From: a virus
DNA: 64,000 nucleotides
IMG/VR virus record: IMGVR_UViG_3300025101_002824
Span: 32,001-96,000 of that record
Strand: one strand, 5' to 3'
Shown: positions 15,738 to 25,929 of the stretch, piece by piece
How positions within the stretch are numbered: the stretch's first letter is position 1
Layout: each line of letters begins with the position of its first letter
Translations under genes and position numbers: made by a program
The notes under the pieces: generated by a model
What the model saw: only the letters and a program-made list of their open reading frames with translations
Told to the model about the DNA's origin: nothing
Database searches by the model: none

Positions 15738-17919
15738 GGTTATACCTACATACAAGGACAATAAATGGTCTGAAACAAAATTTGAATCAATAGAGGATTT
15801 TAGATCTTTTATTGATTCTATTTTTAAAGAACCAGGTAAATATAATTTTGATAAAACTGCATTATTATTTAATGAACAAGCAGTTAATTTTAATAAAAAT
15901 GGTTTTTATTGTGATAAACCATTTAGATCTAAAGATTTTATACAATACTGGAATGACCAAAAAAATAAATGTAGAGAAGGTGTAATATATCATAGTAAAA
16001 ATGATACATGGTATATTACACGTGACTATTATATGTGGTTAAACTTTTTACCTATTTTTGATAAAGAAGAAAAAAAATATGGATTTGCTAAAGTAAGAGA
16101 TGCTCAGTATCATATGGCTTTATATGAAATTATGGCTGAAATTAATTATAAACATGTAGCTATTCTTAAAAAACGTCAGATTGCTTCTTCTTATTTTCAT
16201 ATGGCAAAAATTGTTAATCAATATTGGTTTGAAGAAGGATCAATATGTAAAATAGGTGCATCATTAAAAGATTATATTAATGATAAAGGTTCATGGAAAT
16301 TTTTAGATGAATATGCAACATTTCTTAATCAACATACTGCATGGTATAGACCAAACAATCCAGATAAAGTTCTTTTATGGGAACAAAAAATTGAAGTAAG
16401 AGTTAATAACAGAAAAACTCAAAGAGGTCTTAGATCTAAAATACAAGGTGCATCTTTTGAAAAGAATGCAACAACAGGTGTAGGTGGACCTTGTACTTAC
16501 TTCTTTCATGAGGAGGCTGGTATTGCACCAAAGATGGATCAAACGTATGAGTATATTAGACCAGCTATGACATCTGGTATGATAACAACTGGACAATTTA
16601 TTGCTGCAGGTTCAGTGGGTGATCTTGATCAATGTGAACCATTAAAGAAAATGATAATGCAACCTGAAGCCAATGGTATTTTAGGTGTAAAAACAGATCT
16701 TATTGATGATAAAGGTACCATAGGTATTGCTGGGTTATTTATACCAGAACAATGGTCTATGCCTCCTTTTATAGATAAATATGGCAACTCTTTAATTGAG
16801 GCATCTTTAAAAGCTATTTCAACAGAAAGACAAGAATGGAAAGATGAGTTAGATCCTGAACAGTATCAATTACGTATATCTCAAAAACCTACAAACATTG
16901 GAGAAGCATTTGCATATAGAAAAGCTTCTATATTTCCTCAAAGTTTTCTTACTAAACAGTTACAAAGAATAGAACGTAAAGAATATTCTTATGAGTTTAT
17001 TGAATTAGAAAGAGATGAGAAAGGAATTAAACCTATTAAATCAAATAGAGCACCTATATCTGAATTTCCTGTAAATAAAAAAAGAGAAGATAAAGGTGGT
17101 GTTCTTACTGTGTGGGAAAGACCTATAAAAAATCCAGATTTTGGAACTTATTACGCATCTATTGACCCTGTGTCAGAAGGTAAAACAACTACATCAGATT
17201 CTTTATGTAGTATTATTGTATATAAAAATCCTGTAGAAGTAACAAAAGAAACACCAGAAGGATTAGAAACTTTTATAGAAGGAGATAAAATAGTTGCAAC
17301 ATGGTGTGGTAGATATGATGACATAAGTAAAACACATGAACAACTAGAAAGAATTATTGAATGGTATAATGCATGGACTATTGTAGAAAATAATATATCA
17401 TTATTTATTCAATATATGATTTCAAAAAGAAAACAAAAATATTTAGTACCAAAATCACAAATGGTATTTCTTAAAGATCTTGGATCTAATAGTAATGTAT
17501 TTCAAGAATATGGTTGGAAAAATACAGGTACTTTATTTAAAAGTCATCTTATATCATATGCTATAGAATTTATAAGAGAATCAATAGATGAAGAACTTGA
17601 TGATAATGGTGAGGTATTAAATGTAAAGTTTGGTGTAGAAAGAATACCAGATAAAATGTTAATAACAGAAATGTTACAATACTATCCAGGATTAAACGTA
17701 GATAGACTTGTATCATTTGCTGCATTAGTAGCATTTGCAAAGATGCAACAAGCAAATAGAGGGTATGTTAAACGTAAAGAGAGAGATAAATCACTAGAAT
17801 CTTTGGATAATTCACAAAATTTGTATAAATTATCTATGAGACCTTTTAGTAATATAGGAAGGAAAAAAAATAATAACATACTTAAAAAAAGAAGAAATCC
17901 TTTTAAAAATATTAAGTAA
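15727..17919 (+). CDS. terL: Terminase large subunit
   Basis: ILKKRQIASS (Walker A variant), FFHEEAG (Walker B), ASIDPV nuclease Asp, IVENN and NVDR; upstream of the portal. Confidence 0.9.
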   Translation: MMYKVIPTYKDNKWSETKFESIEDFRSFIDSIFKEPGKYNFDKTALLFNEQAVNFNKNGFYCDKPFRSKDFIQYWNDQKNKCREGVIYHSKNDTWYITRDYYMWLNFLPIFDKEEKKYGFAKVRDAQYHMALYEIMAEINYKHVAILKKRQIASSYFHMAKIVNQYWFEEGSICKIGASLKDYINDKGSWKFLDEYATFLNQHTAWYRPNNPDKVLLWEQKIEVRVNNRKTQRGLRSKIQGASFEKNATTGVGGPCTYFFHEEAGIAPKMDQTYEYIRPAMTSGMITTGQFIAAGSVGDLDQCEPLKKMIMQPEANGILGVKTDLIDDKGTIGIAGLFIPEQWSMPPFIDKYGNSLIEASLKAISTERQEWKDELDPEQYQLRISQKPTNIGEAFAYRKASIFPQSFLTKQLQRIERKEYSYEFIELERDEKGIKPIKSNRAPISEFPVNKKREDKGGVLTVWERPIKNPDFGTYYASIDPVSEGKTTTSDSLCSIIVYKNPVEVTKETPEGLETFIEGDKIVATWCGRYDDISKTHEQLERIIEWYNAWTIVENNISLFIQYMISKRKQKYLVPKSQMVFLKDLGSNSNVFQEYGWKNTGTLFKSHLISYAIEFIRESIDEELDDNGEVLNVKFGVERIPDKMLITEMLQYYPGLNVDRLVSFAALVAFAKMQQANRGYVKRKERDKSLESLDNSQNLYKLSMRPFSNIGRKKNNNILKKRRNPFKNIK

Positions 17920-18035
17920 TGTATGATTGGGTAACTACAACAACAATAGATTGGGATTCTCCATATTCCCATATTCAATATATTTATGTATATGATTATG
18001 ATGATGTGGTTTATAATTCAAATGAAGAAAACTAA
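17919..18035 (+). CDS. 38-aa acidic/aromatic micro-ORF (MYDWVTTTTIDWDSPYSH...)
   Basis: Translated by hand. TAATG overlap with the terL stop; ends 3 nt before the portal ATG. Confidence 0.5.
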   Translation: MYDWVTTTTIDWDSPYSHIQYIYVYDYDDVVYNSNEEN

Positions 18036-18038
18036 ATT

Positions 18039-20804
18039 ATGAAAGTATTAAGCGCAATGCAACTAAAAAATGGTGCTAAAGCAGATGGAAGACATGCTTC
18101 AGTATCATTAACACAACCACTACAATTTTTACCTGCTAAAGAAAAAGATGATAAGTGGGCTGCGTGGAATCTAGATTGGTTAGAAAAAAGAGGTCTTGAT
18201 TATCTTAGAGATAATGCAAGAAAAATATTAAAAAATTATAAACTTGCAAAAGGTATAATTGATAAAACAGATTATATTATTGAAGATGATAATGACTATA
18301 CAGATCTTATTAATATATTAACTAAAGAAGATCAAACAGCATTAGAGTTAAAATTTTATCCTATAATACCTAATGTAATTAATGTTCTTGTTGGTGAGTT
18401 TTCAAAAAGATATTCTAAAGTTCAGTTTAGAGCTGTTGATGATACGTCTTATAATGAGATGTTAGAACAAAAAAGAATACAAATAGAAGAATCACTATTA
18501 ACTGATGCAAGAAATCAGTTAATTATGAAAATGGTTCAACAAGGAGCTAATCCTGAATCAGAAGAGTTTCAACAAAATATTGCACCAGAAAAATTAAAAA
18601 CATTACCAGAAATACAAGATTTCTTTTCTAAAGATTATAGAAGTTTAATAGAAGAATGGGCACATCATCAATTAAATGTTGATGAAGAAAGATTTAAAAT
18701 GCAAGAACTTGAAGAAAGAGCATTTAAAGATATGCTTATTTGTGATAGAGAATTTTGGCATTTCCGTATGATGGAAGATGACTATGATGTAGAATTATGG
18801 AATCCAGCATTAACATTTTATCAAAAATCTCCTGACTCAAGATATATATCTGATTCTAATTTTGCAGGTAAATGTGATATGATGAGTGTAGCTGATGTTA
18901 TTGATGTATATGGATATTTAATGACTGAAGATCAACTTACATCATTAGAACGTATTTATCCAGCTGCTAATGCAATTTATTTAGATAATGGTATGCAAAA
19001 TGATGGTTCTTATTATGATGCTACTAGATCTCATGAATGGAATACACAAAGACCAGGTTTAGCATATAGAAAATTAGTTAGTAATAGTGACATGAATGCC
19101 AGTCAATATGGAGGTGATGTTGTACAAGCTATATTATCAGAAGGTGATGATATAATGACATGGGGTGATTATAACATGATGCGTGTTACAACATGTTATT
19201 GGAAGACACAAAGAAAAGTTGGTCATTTAACTAGAATTACAGAAGATGGTGCTTTAATGCAAGAAATAGTTGATGAAACATATAAAGTTACAGATAAACC
19301 TGTATATAATACTAAATTATTTAAACAAAAAACAAAAGAAAATTTAATTCAAGGTGAGCATATTGATTATTTTTGGATTAATGAAGTATGGGGTGGTATT
19401 AAAATTGGACCTAATGGACCTACATCATGGAGAAATGATACATCAGATGAATCTCCAATATATTTAGGTATTAATAAACAAAAGCCAGGAAGAATAGAAT
19501 ATCAATTCAAAGGTGATAATTCTTTATATGGATGTAAACTACCAATAGAAGGAAGAGTATTTTCTGATAGAAATACAAGATCTACATCACTTGTTGATTT
19601 AATGAAACCATATCAAATAGGTTATAATATGGTTAATAATCAAATAGCAGATATACTAGTAGATGAATTAGGTACTGTTATTATGTTTGATCAAAATGCT
19701 TTACCACGACACTCAATGGGTGAAGATTGGGGTAAGAATAATTTAGCAAAAGCTTATGTAGCAATGAAAGATTTTGGTATGATGCCATTAGATACTTCTA
19801 TTACTAATACAGAAAATGCTACTAATTTTAATCATTATCAAACATTAAACTTAGAACAAACAAATAGATTGATGTCAAGAATTCAATTAGCTAATCATTT
19901 TAAAGGTCAAGCATTTGAATCAATAGGTATTAATCCTCAAAGAATGGGAACTCCAATTGCACAACAAACAGCAACAGGTGTTACTCAAGCAATGAATCAA
20001 TCATATTCTCAAACAGAAATGTATTTTACACAGCATTCTGATCACTTAATGCCACGTGTACATCAAATGAGAACTGATTTATCTCAATATTATCATAGTA
20101 CTAATCCTTCTGTTAGATTAAGTTATATTACTTCTGAGGCAGAAAAAGTTAATTTTCAAATTAATGGTACTAAACTTTTACTTAGAGATTTTAATGTATT
20201 TTGTACTACAAAAACAAATCATAGACAAATACTTGATCAATTAAAACAAATGGCTTTAACTAATAATACTACTGGTGCATCTATATATGATCTTGGTAAT
20301 GTTATTAAAGCAACAAGTATAGCAGAAGTTACAGATGTGCTTAAAGATGCTGAGACTAAACAACAAACTCAACAACAGCAGCAAATGCAACAACAGCAAC
20401 AAATGGCTGAACAACAGCAACAAGCTGCAGCACAAGAAGCTGAAGCACAAAGACAGTTCCAAGCACAACAAGATGATAAAGATAGACAAAAAGATATTAC
20501 TGTTGCAGAAATTAGAGCTGCTGGTTATGGATCTATGCAAGATATAAATCAAAATCAACAGAGTGATTTCCAAGATGCAATGGAAGATATACGTAAAAGA
20601 GATGAGTATAGAGAACAAATGAACTTCAAACGTGAGCAAGCAACTACAAAAAATACTTTTGAAAAATCTAAATTACAAATTGAAAGAGAAAAACTTGCTA
20701 CTCAAAGACAAATAGCTGAAAAGAATTTAGCAATTGCACGTGAAAATAAAAACAAATATGATGTAGAAAAAACTACCAAACCATCTAAAAAAGATAAGAA
20801 ATAG
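18039..20804 (+). CDS. Portal protein (crAss-like)
   Basis: 921 aa directly after terL; FYPIIPNVINVLVGE and SLVDLMKPYQIGYN segments; Q-rich coiled-coil C-terminus. Confidence 0.85.
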   Translation: MKVLSAMQLKNGAKADGRHASVSLTQPLQFLPAKEKDDKWAAWNLDWLEKRGLDYLRDNARKILKNYKLAKGIIDKTDYIIEDDNDYTDLINILTKEDQTALELKFYPIIPNVINVLVGEFSKRYSKVQFRAVDDTSYNEMLEQKRIQIEESLLTDARNQLIMKMVQQGANPESEEFQQNIAPEKLKTLPEIQDFFSKDYRSLIEEWAHHQLNVDEERFKMQELEERAFKDMLICDREFWHFRMMEDDYDVELWNPALTFYQKSPDSRYISDSNFAGKCDMMSVADVIDVYGYLMTEDQLTSLERIYPAANAIYLDNGMQNDGSYYDATRSHEWNTQRPGLAYRKLVSNSDMNASQYGGDVVQAILSEGDDIMTWGDYNMMRVTTCYWKTQRKVGHLTRITEDGALMQEIVDETYKVTDKPVYNTKLFKQKTKENLIQGEHIDYFWINEVWGGIKIGPNGPTSWRNDTSDESPIYLGINKQKPGRIEYQFKGDNSLYGCKLPIEGRVFSDRNTRSTSLVDLMKPYQIGYNMVNNQIADILVDELGTVIMFDQNALPRHSMGEDWGKNNLAKAYVAMKDFGMMPLDTSITNTENATNFNHYQTLNLEQTNRLMSRIQLANHFKGQAFESIGINPQRMGTPIAQQTATGVTQAMNQSYSQTEMYFTQHSDHLMPRVHQMRTDLSQYYHSTNPSVRLSYITSEAEKVNFQINGTKLLLRDFNVFCTTKTNHRQILDQLKQMALTNNTTGASIYDLGNVIKATSIAEVTDVLKDAETKQQTQQQQQMQQQQQMAEQQQQAAAQEAEAQRQFQAQQDDKDRQKDITVAEIRAAGYGSMQDINQNQQSDFQDAMEDIRKRDEYREQMNFKREQATTKNTFEKSKLQIEREKLATQRQIAEKNLAIARENKNKYDVEKTTKPSKKDKK

Positions 20805-20872
20805 TATACTTAGCTATATACTACAAAAAATCTTTCTTTTTTTTTAAATTTAAATGGTTTATGGTATAAAAC

Positions 20873-20892
20873 TTTTGTATATTATATATGTA
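20873..20892 (+). promoter_or_regulatory. Putative late-promoter motif
   Basis: TTTTGTATATTATATATGTA upstream of the scaffold/capsid genes. Confidence 0.5.
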
Positions 20893-20925
20893 ATAACCAG
20901 TAAATAATAATAAAACCATATAATT

Positions 20926-22224
20926 ATGTCAGAAAAAATGCAAGAAACGACAACAGTAAAAGAAGTAGATGTAAACTTGGATGAGATCTTTAACGGTGCT
21001 CCAGGAGCAGATTCTGTTGTTACTCCAGAAACAAAAAAACCTAATGTATTTTCAAAACCAGAAAAAGTTGATTTATCATTTTTAGATGGTAAAGAAGAAC
21101 CTAAAGCTGAAGAAATAAAAGAAGATACAAAAGAAGAAATTAAAGTTGAAGCTAAACAAGAAGAAGTTAAGACTGAAGTAAAAGAAACTACTACAGAAGA
21201 AAAAGTTTCTAAAGATGAGGTAGATGAAATACTTAATGAAGGTTTAGATTTAGCTGAAAAAGAAGATGAAAAATCTACAACATCAGGTAGAAGGAGAATG
21301 AGTGATATGACTGATGTCTTCAAAAAAATGATTGAAGATGAACAAATTATTCCTTTTGATGATGATAAAAATTTAGATGATTATACTGCAAAAGATTGGA
21401 AAGAGCTTATCCAAGCTAATATGGATGATAGAGCTAATAAAGTTAGAAAAGAAACACCAAAACAATTTTTTAATAGTTTACCACAAGAATTACAAGTTGC
21501 TGCAAAATATGTAGCTGACGGTGGCACAGATCTTAAAGGATTATTTGGTGCATTAGCTCAAGTAGAACAAGTGCGTGAACTTTCATTAGATAATGAAGAT
21601 GGTCAAGCTCATATTGTTAGAGAATATTTAACAGCTACAGGATATGGAAGTGCAGAAGATATTCAAGAAGAAATAGAAATTTGGAAAGATCTTGGTAAAC
21701 TTGAAAAACAAGCAAGCAAGTTTAAACCAAAATTAGATAAAATGCAAGAGCAAGTTGTAGCAAGAAAATTACAACAACAAGAACAAATGAAAGCTCAACA
21801 ACAAAAAGCATCAGAAAATTATATGGCCAATGTGTATGATACACTTAAAGATGGTAAAGTAGGTGATATGAAAGTTAATAAAAAGACTCAAGCTCTTTTA
21901 TATAACGGATTAGTTAATCCAGCTTACCCATCTATTAATGGCTCACAAACAAACTTATTAGGTCACTTATTAGAAAAGTATCAATTTGTAGAACCAAACT
22001 ATAATTTAGTTACAGAAGCATTATGGCTTTTAGCTGATCCAAAAGGATATAAAGATCAACTTATGTCTAAAGGAACAAATAAAGCAGTTGAACAAACAGT
22101 TAGAAAATTAAAAACTGCTCAGTCAACTAAAAAACATTCTAGCGGTGGAGTAACTTCAAATGAAAAGCCAAGTTCTAACAGACGTACTCTTCCAAGAAGT
22201 TCTAATATATTTAAAAGATTTTAA
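20926..22224 (+). CDS. Acidic scaffold-like protein between portal and capsid
   Basis: E/K-rich low-complexity N-terminus, helical C-terminus, and gene position. Confidence 0.6.
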   Translation: MSEKMQETTTVKEVDVNLDEIFNGAPGADSVVTPETKKPNVFSKPEKVDLSFLDGKEEPKAEEIKEDTKEEIKVEAKQEEVKTEVKETTTEEKVSKDEVDEILNEGLDLAEKEDEKSTTSGRRRMSDMTDVFKKMIEDEQIIPFDDDKNLDDYTAKDWKELIQANMDDRANKVRKETPKQFFNSLPQELQVAAKYVADGGTDLKGLFGALAQVEQVRELSLDNEDGQAHIVREYLTATGYGSAEDIQEEIEIWKDLGKLEKQASKFKPKLDKMQEQVVARKLQQQEQMKAQQQKASENYMANVYDTLKDGKVGDMKVNKKTQALLYNGLVNPAYPSINGSQTNLLGHLLEKYQFVEPNYNLVTEALWLLADPKGYKDQLMSKGTNKAVEQTVRKLKTAQSTKKHSSGGVTSNEKPSSNRRTLPRSSNIFKRF

Positions 22225-22266
22225 CATAGACAACAACAATAATTATTAATTTTAAAAAGTGAAAAA

Positions 22267-23892
22267 ATGGCAACACCGGTTTTAAACAATGGTCTCTTTC
22301 TAAGAGACACGTCTTACCAGGCTAGTTCTCATATTGATTCATATCACTTAACACAAATGCTTGGTGATGCAGAGCCAATGGACATGGGTCCAGTGGAACT
22401 GTGGGCTATGACGCAAAAGGTAGAAATGCCTTTGTATCAAATGGCATCGTTTGGTGGTAAGAACACAATTATGGTGGACAATGCTAGAGGTGAGTACAAA
22501 TGGCAAACACCTGTTTCTCAGTCTCTTCCTATGTCAATGGGCATAAGTGGATTAACTGATGGAGACGGGAAAGATGGTGAACCTTTCAAAATCAGACTTT
22601 CTAAAAGAGAGTTTGGTCATGGGGACATCATTACTTATGATAAGTACAATGGTCTTGAACTTTACATTACTGCAGATGACATTGTCCCTGTAGGAGATGG
22701 ATGGGTTTATACTTGTACTTTAGTTAATAACGCTACTGGCACAGGTATTGAAACAAAATACTTTGCTGCTGGTACTAAATTCTTCAGAAAAGGTTCTGCA
22801 AGGGGTGAATACGGAGAAAGATTCTCTGATATTCAAACAGGAGCAGGATTCAGAGAATTCTACAACTTTGTTGGAGGAGCTGAAGCACACGTACATTATT
22901 CAGTTTCATCACGTGCTGATCTTATGATCAAAGGTGGTATGAATGCTGATGGTACTGTACCTGTAACTGAAATTTGGAGAAACTTTGACAAAAACCTAGA
23001 TCCTTCTTTAGATTCTATTGAGTCAATTGCAGGAGCAATGGGTAAAGATTACATTAAAAAAGCATTTGATAATGGTTCTCTTTCTAGAACGTTCTTAACG
23101 TCTCTTGAAGCAGCACACCTTACTAAAATTGCTAATGACATTGAATGTTATTTAATGTGGGGTCATGGTGGTAGAGTTAGACAAGACGGTCCAGATGACA
23201 TCAGACTTTCTGTTGGTCTTTGGAAGCAGTTAGATAACTCTTTCAAACGTGTATACAACAAATCTGCATTTAGCTTAGATATGTTCAAAAATGAACTATA
23301 TAACTTCTATGCTGGTAAAGTAGAATTTGATGGTCCAGATCCAAAGAGACAATTAGTTGTTCAAACTGGAATTGGAGGTATGCAATTAGTAAATGAAGCT
23401 ATTAGAGTTGAAGCTAATGGAACTTCAGCAGGTTTAGGTGCTGTTACAAACTTAGATAACATTGGTGCTATTACTGGATCTGGTATGGATTTAGGGTATG
23501 GATATGCATACACTAGCTTTATCATTCCTTTCTTAGCTAATGTTAAATTTGTATTGAATCCAGCATTTGATAACTTAAATACTAATGACATTGAAAATCC
23601 ATTAGTAGATGGTCGTCCATTATCTTCTTACAGCTTCATCATCTTTGATGTAACTGATGAAGGAAATGACAACATCTTCTTATTAAAGCTTTCTTGGGAT
23701 AATGCTCTTAAGTGGTTCTACCAAAATGGTACTATGGACTACATGGGAAGAACTCAAGGATTTGCTTCTTCAGGACACTTCAATGGTTATCGTGTAATGA
23801 TGACACAAACCATGCCTTCTGTTTGGGTAAAAGACCCAACTAAGGTATTAAAGATTGTTATGAGAAACCCAGTAACTGGAGGATCATTCTAA
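22267..23892 (+). CDS. Major capsid protein (crAss-like HK97 fold)
   Basis: 541 aa in the portal-scaffold-MCP position; bias to TTC/AAC/TAC codons suggests high expression; followed by a terminator. Confidence 0.85.
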   Translation: MATPVLNNGLFLRDTSYQASSHIDSYHLTQMLGDAEPMDMGPVELWAMTQKVEMPLYQMASFGGKNTIMVDNARGEYKWQTPVSQSLPMSMGISGLTDGDGKDGEPFKIRLSKREFGHGDIITYDKYNGLELYITADDIVPVGDGWVYTCTLVNNATGTGIETKYFAAGTKFFRKGSARGEYGERFSDIQTGAGFREFYNFVGGAEAHVHYSVSSRADLMIKGGMNADGTVPVTEIWRNFDKNLDPSLDSIESIAGAMGKDYIKKAFDNGSLSRTFLTSLEAAHLTKIANDIECYLMWGHGGRVRQDGPDDIRLSVGLWKQLDNSFKRVYNKSAFSLDMFKNELYNFYAGKVEFDGPDPKRQLVVQTGIGGMQLVNEAIRVEANGTSAGLGAVTNLDNIGAITGSGMDLGYGYAYTSFIIPFLANVKFVLNPAFDNLNTNDIENPLVDGRPLSSYSFIIFDVTDEGNDNIFLLKLSWDNALKWFYQNGTMDYMGRTQGFASSGHFNGYRVMMTQTMPSVWVKDPTKVLKIVMRNPVTGGSF

Positions 23893-23912
23893 TCAATATA
23901 TATTATGAAATG

Positions 23913-23945
23913 AGGGGGAGCCAAGTGCTCCTCCCTATTTCTTTT
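23913..23945 (+). terminator. Intrinsic terminator after the MCP gene
   Basis: AGGGGGAGC-CAAGT-GCTCCTCCCT followed by ATTTCTTTT. Confidence 0.75.
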
Positions 23946-23979
23946 AAACCAAAATTAAAAACTGATTAAAACTATTAAA

Positions 23980-24993
23980 ATGGAAAATGTAACTATTACA
24001 GAAAAAACTAACGCTGTTAAAGACAGCACAATTGCTATTAGACCATTTTTTAATCCTGATATAGAAAATATGGGATTAGAAAAATATAATATGACATTGT
24101 ATGAAGGAGCTTTTCATAGTGAAAGTATTATATGTCTAGAAAGAAATGGAATACTAAGATATGTAACTGGTCTTAATGAATTTGCACCAGAAATAAAAAC
24201 ACTACCAGCAGATGAAAAAGCTGCAAAAGTAAAACAAATAAGAAAGCACGTTGTAGAATTAGAAAAAGAATTAGCAGCTAATGTTATTAGTGAAAATGAT
24301 CCAGAATTCTGGAGTAAAGTTCAAGTAGTTAGACCTGATAACAAAGCTTTTTGGAATAAAATAACAATTAAAGTAGGTAATGATCCTGTATTTATTGATC
24401 CTAAAGTTGATCCATATGATAGAATAAAACTTTTAGCTATTGAAGCAGGTGGATTTTCTTTAGTTGCTCCAAATTTAGAAACTGCAAAAAGAATTGGTAA
24501 ATATAAATTTTATTTAGATAAAGTAAAAGAAACTGCAGGAACAAGAACTAAAGATGCTAAAATTAGAAATAAAGCTCTTGGTATTTTAAGTGATTTATAT
24601 GATGAAGATAAAAATAAACTTATGCATATGATAAAATTGTTTACTTATAATAGTTCTCAGTTTACTGAATCAACTCCATTAGATATATTATATGAAGAAG
24701 CAGATTCTTATATTAATGGAGATGGAAGAGAATCAGATGTTAATTTAGCAGCTAAAAACTTTATTGATGCATCTAGAATGGATATGGAAGATTTAAGAAT
24801 TAACTCTATGGTTAAAGATGCTTTAGCTTTAAATATTTTAACTACAAGATCTGATGGTTATATACATCATAAAAAGACAAGTAGTAAAATAGCTACTACT
24901 AGACCTGGAGTTGTAGAATTTTTAAAGAATCCTGTTAATGATGAAATGTTAATGGATATTAAAAAACAAGTTGAATTAGTATTAGCTACATAA
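23980..24993 (+). CDS. Conserved crAss-like protein downstream of MCP
   Basis: Gene order only; function not recognisable. Confidence 0.55.
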   Translation: MENVTITEKTNAVKDSTIAIRPFFNPDIENMGLEKYNMTLYEGAFHSESIICLERNGILRYVTGLNEFAPEIKTLPADEKAAKVKQIRKHVVELEKELAANVISENDPEFWSKVQVVRPDNKAFWNKITIKVGNDPVFIDPKVDPYDRIKLLAIEAGGFSLVAPNLETAKRIGKYKFYLDKVKETAGTRTKDAKIRNKALGILSDLYDEDKNKLMHMIKLFTYNSSQFTESTPLDILYEEADSYINGDGRESDVNLAAKNFIDASRMDMEDLRINSMVKDALALNILTTRSDGYIHHKKTSSKIATTRPGVVEFLKNPVNDEMLMDIKKQVELVLAT

Positions 24994-24996
24994 AAA

Positions 24997-25701
24997 ATGA
25001 ATATTACTACACTACAAATAAAATTTAGACAAAGGCTTAACAAGCTTGCAAGTAATGACTATGATAATATAGAATGTTGGCAAATTGTTGAATCTTTTAA
25101 TAAAGCTCAAATTGAATGGTGTAGAAAACAACTTCATGGTACAAATGCATATAGAGAAGGAGATGAAGCATCTAAAAGACGTATTGATGATCTTCAGATC
25201 CTTCTTACTACGCAACCTGTAACTGGTTCAATACAAGATGATTATCTTCTAGGAACTAATTTTCCAAATAATTATTTAGAATTTAAAAGGGTTGACACAG
25301 ACGCAACAACAGAATGCTGTAAAAAAGATCCTAGATCAATGACAGTTTATTTAGCTGAAGAAGCTAATGTTGATGTAATAATGCGTGATCCTTTAAAAAG
25401 ACCTGATTTTGAATGGGGTGAAACATTTTGCACATTAGCAAATAATACAATAAGGATATACAAAAGAGAATTTGATATTGTAAATCCTAGAATAACTTTT
25501 TATAGAAAACCTAGAAATATACAAATAGCAGGTTGTTCTGATCCATATTTAAATGTAATCTCTGCAGCAGATGTAGAGCCTGAATTTAAAGATGATATAG
25601 TTGAATTAATTATTGATGAAGCTTGTACAATTGTTGCAGGTGATATTAATGATGCAAACAATTATATAAGAGGATCACAATCAGCAGAAAAAAATAATTA
25701 A
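24997..25701 (+). CDS. Head-tail ring/adaptor protein
   Basis: FNKAQ...RIDDLQILL...FYRKP...EFKDDIVELIIDEA pattern and position in the structural block. Confidence 0.6.
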   Translation: MNITTLQIKFRQRLNKLASNDYDNIECWQIVESFNKAQIEWCRKQLHGTNAYREGDEASKRRIDDLQILLTTQPVTGSIQDDYLLGTNFPNNYLEFKRVDTDATTECCKKDPRSMTVYLAEEANVDVIMRDPLKRPDFEWGETFCTLANNTIRIYKREFDIVNPRITFYRKPRNIQIAGCSDPYLNVISAADVEPEFKDDIVELIIDEACTIVAGDINDANNYIRGSQSAEKNN

Positions 25702-25703
25702 TT

Positions 25704-25811
25704 ATGAAAGCAAAGAAACCTAAAACAGCAAAAGTAATGGCTAAGTCAGTATATAAAAAAGGCGGTAGCACAAAAAAGAAGAAAAAAGTTAGTAAAAAGA
25801 AAAAATATTAA
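25704..25811 (+). CDS. 35-aa Lys-rich peptide (MKAKKPKTAKVMAKSVYKKGGSTKKKKKVSKKKKY)
   Basis: Translated by hand; ATTATG start 2 nt after the previous stop; too short for the ORF track. Confidence 0.65.
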   Translation: MKAKKPKTAKVMAKSVYKKGGSTKKKKKVSKKKKY

Positions 25812-25929
25812 GTATATTAATATAGAAGGGATAAGAGTTTAGGTTTGGGTACTTTTATCTTGGATTTAACAAACCCATTCTTTTTGTTATAAAAAAAGCC
25901 CTCTGAGTAAAGTAGGAGGCATTATAAAA

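Noticed and set aside
17820-17833. TTTGTATAAATTAT as an internal promoter for the portal
   Set aside because: It lies inside terL coding sequence and deviates from the class B spacing; support is too weak.
20361-20470. CAA/CAG-rich repeat in the portal, and the MPPQG repeats at ~52100-52300
   Set aside because: Ordinary low-complexity coding sequence, not DNA-level repeat elements.
15727-23892. Introns or inteins in terL, portal or MCP
   Set aside because: The ORFs are continuous, and no intein or homing-endonuclease motifs were seen.
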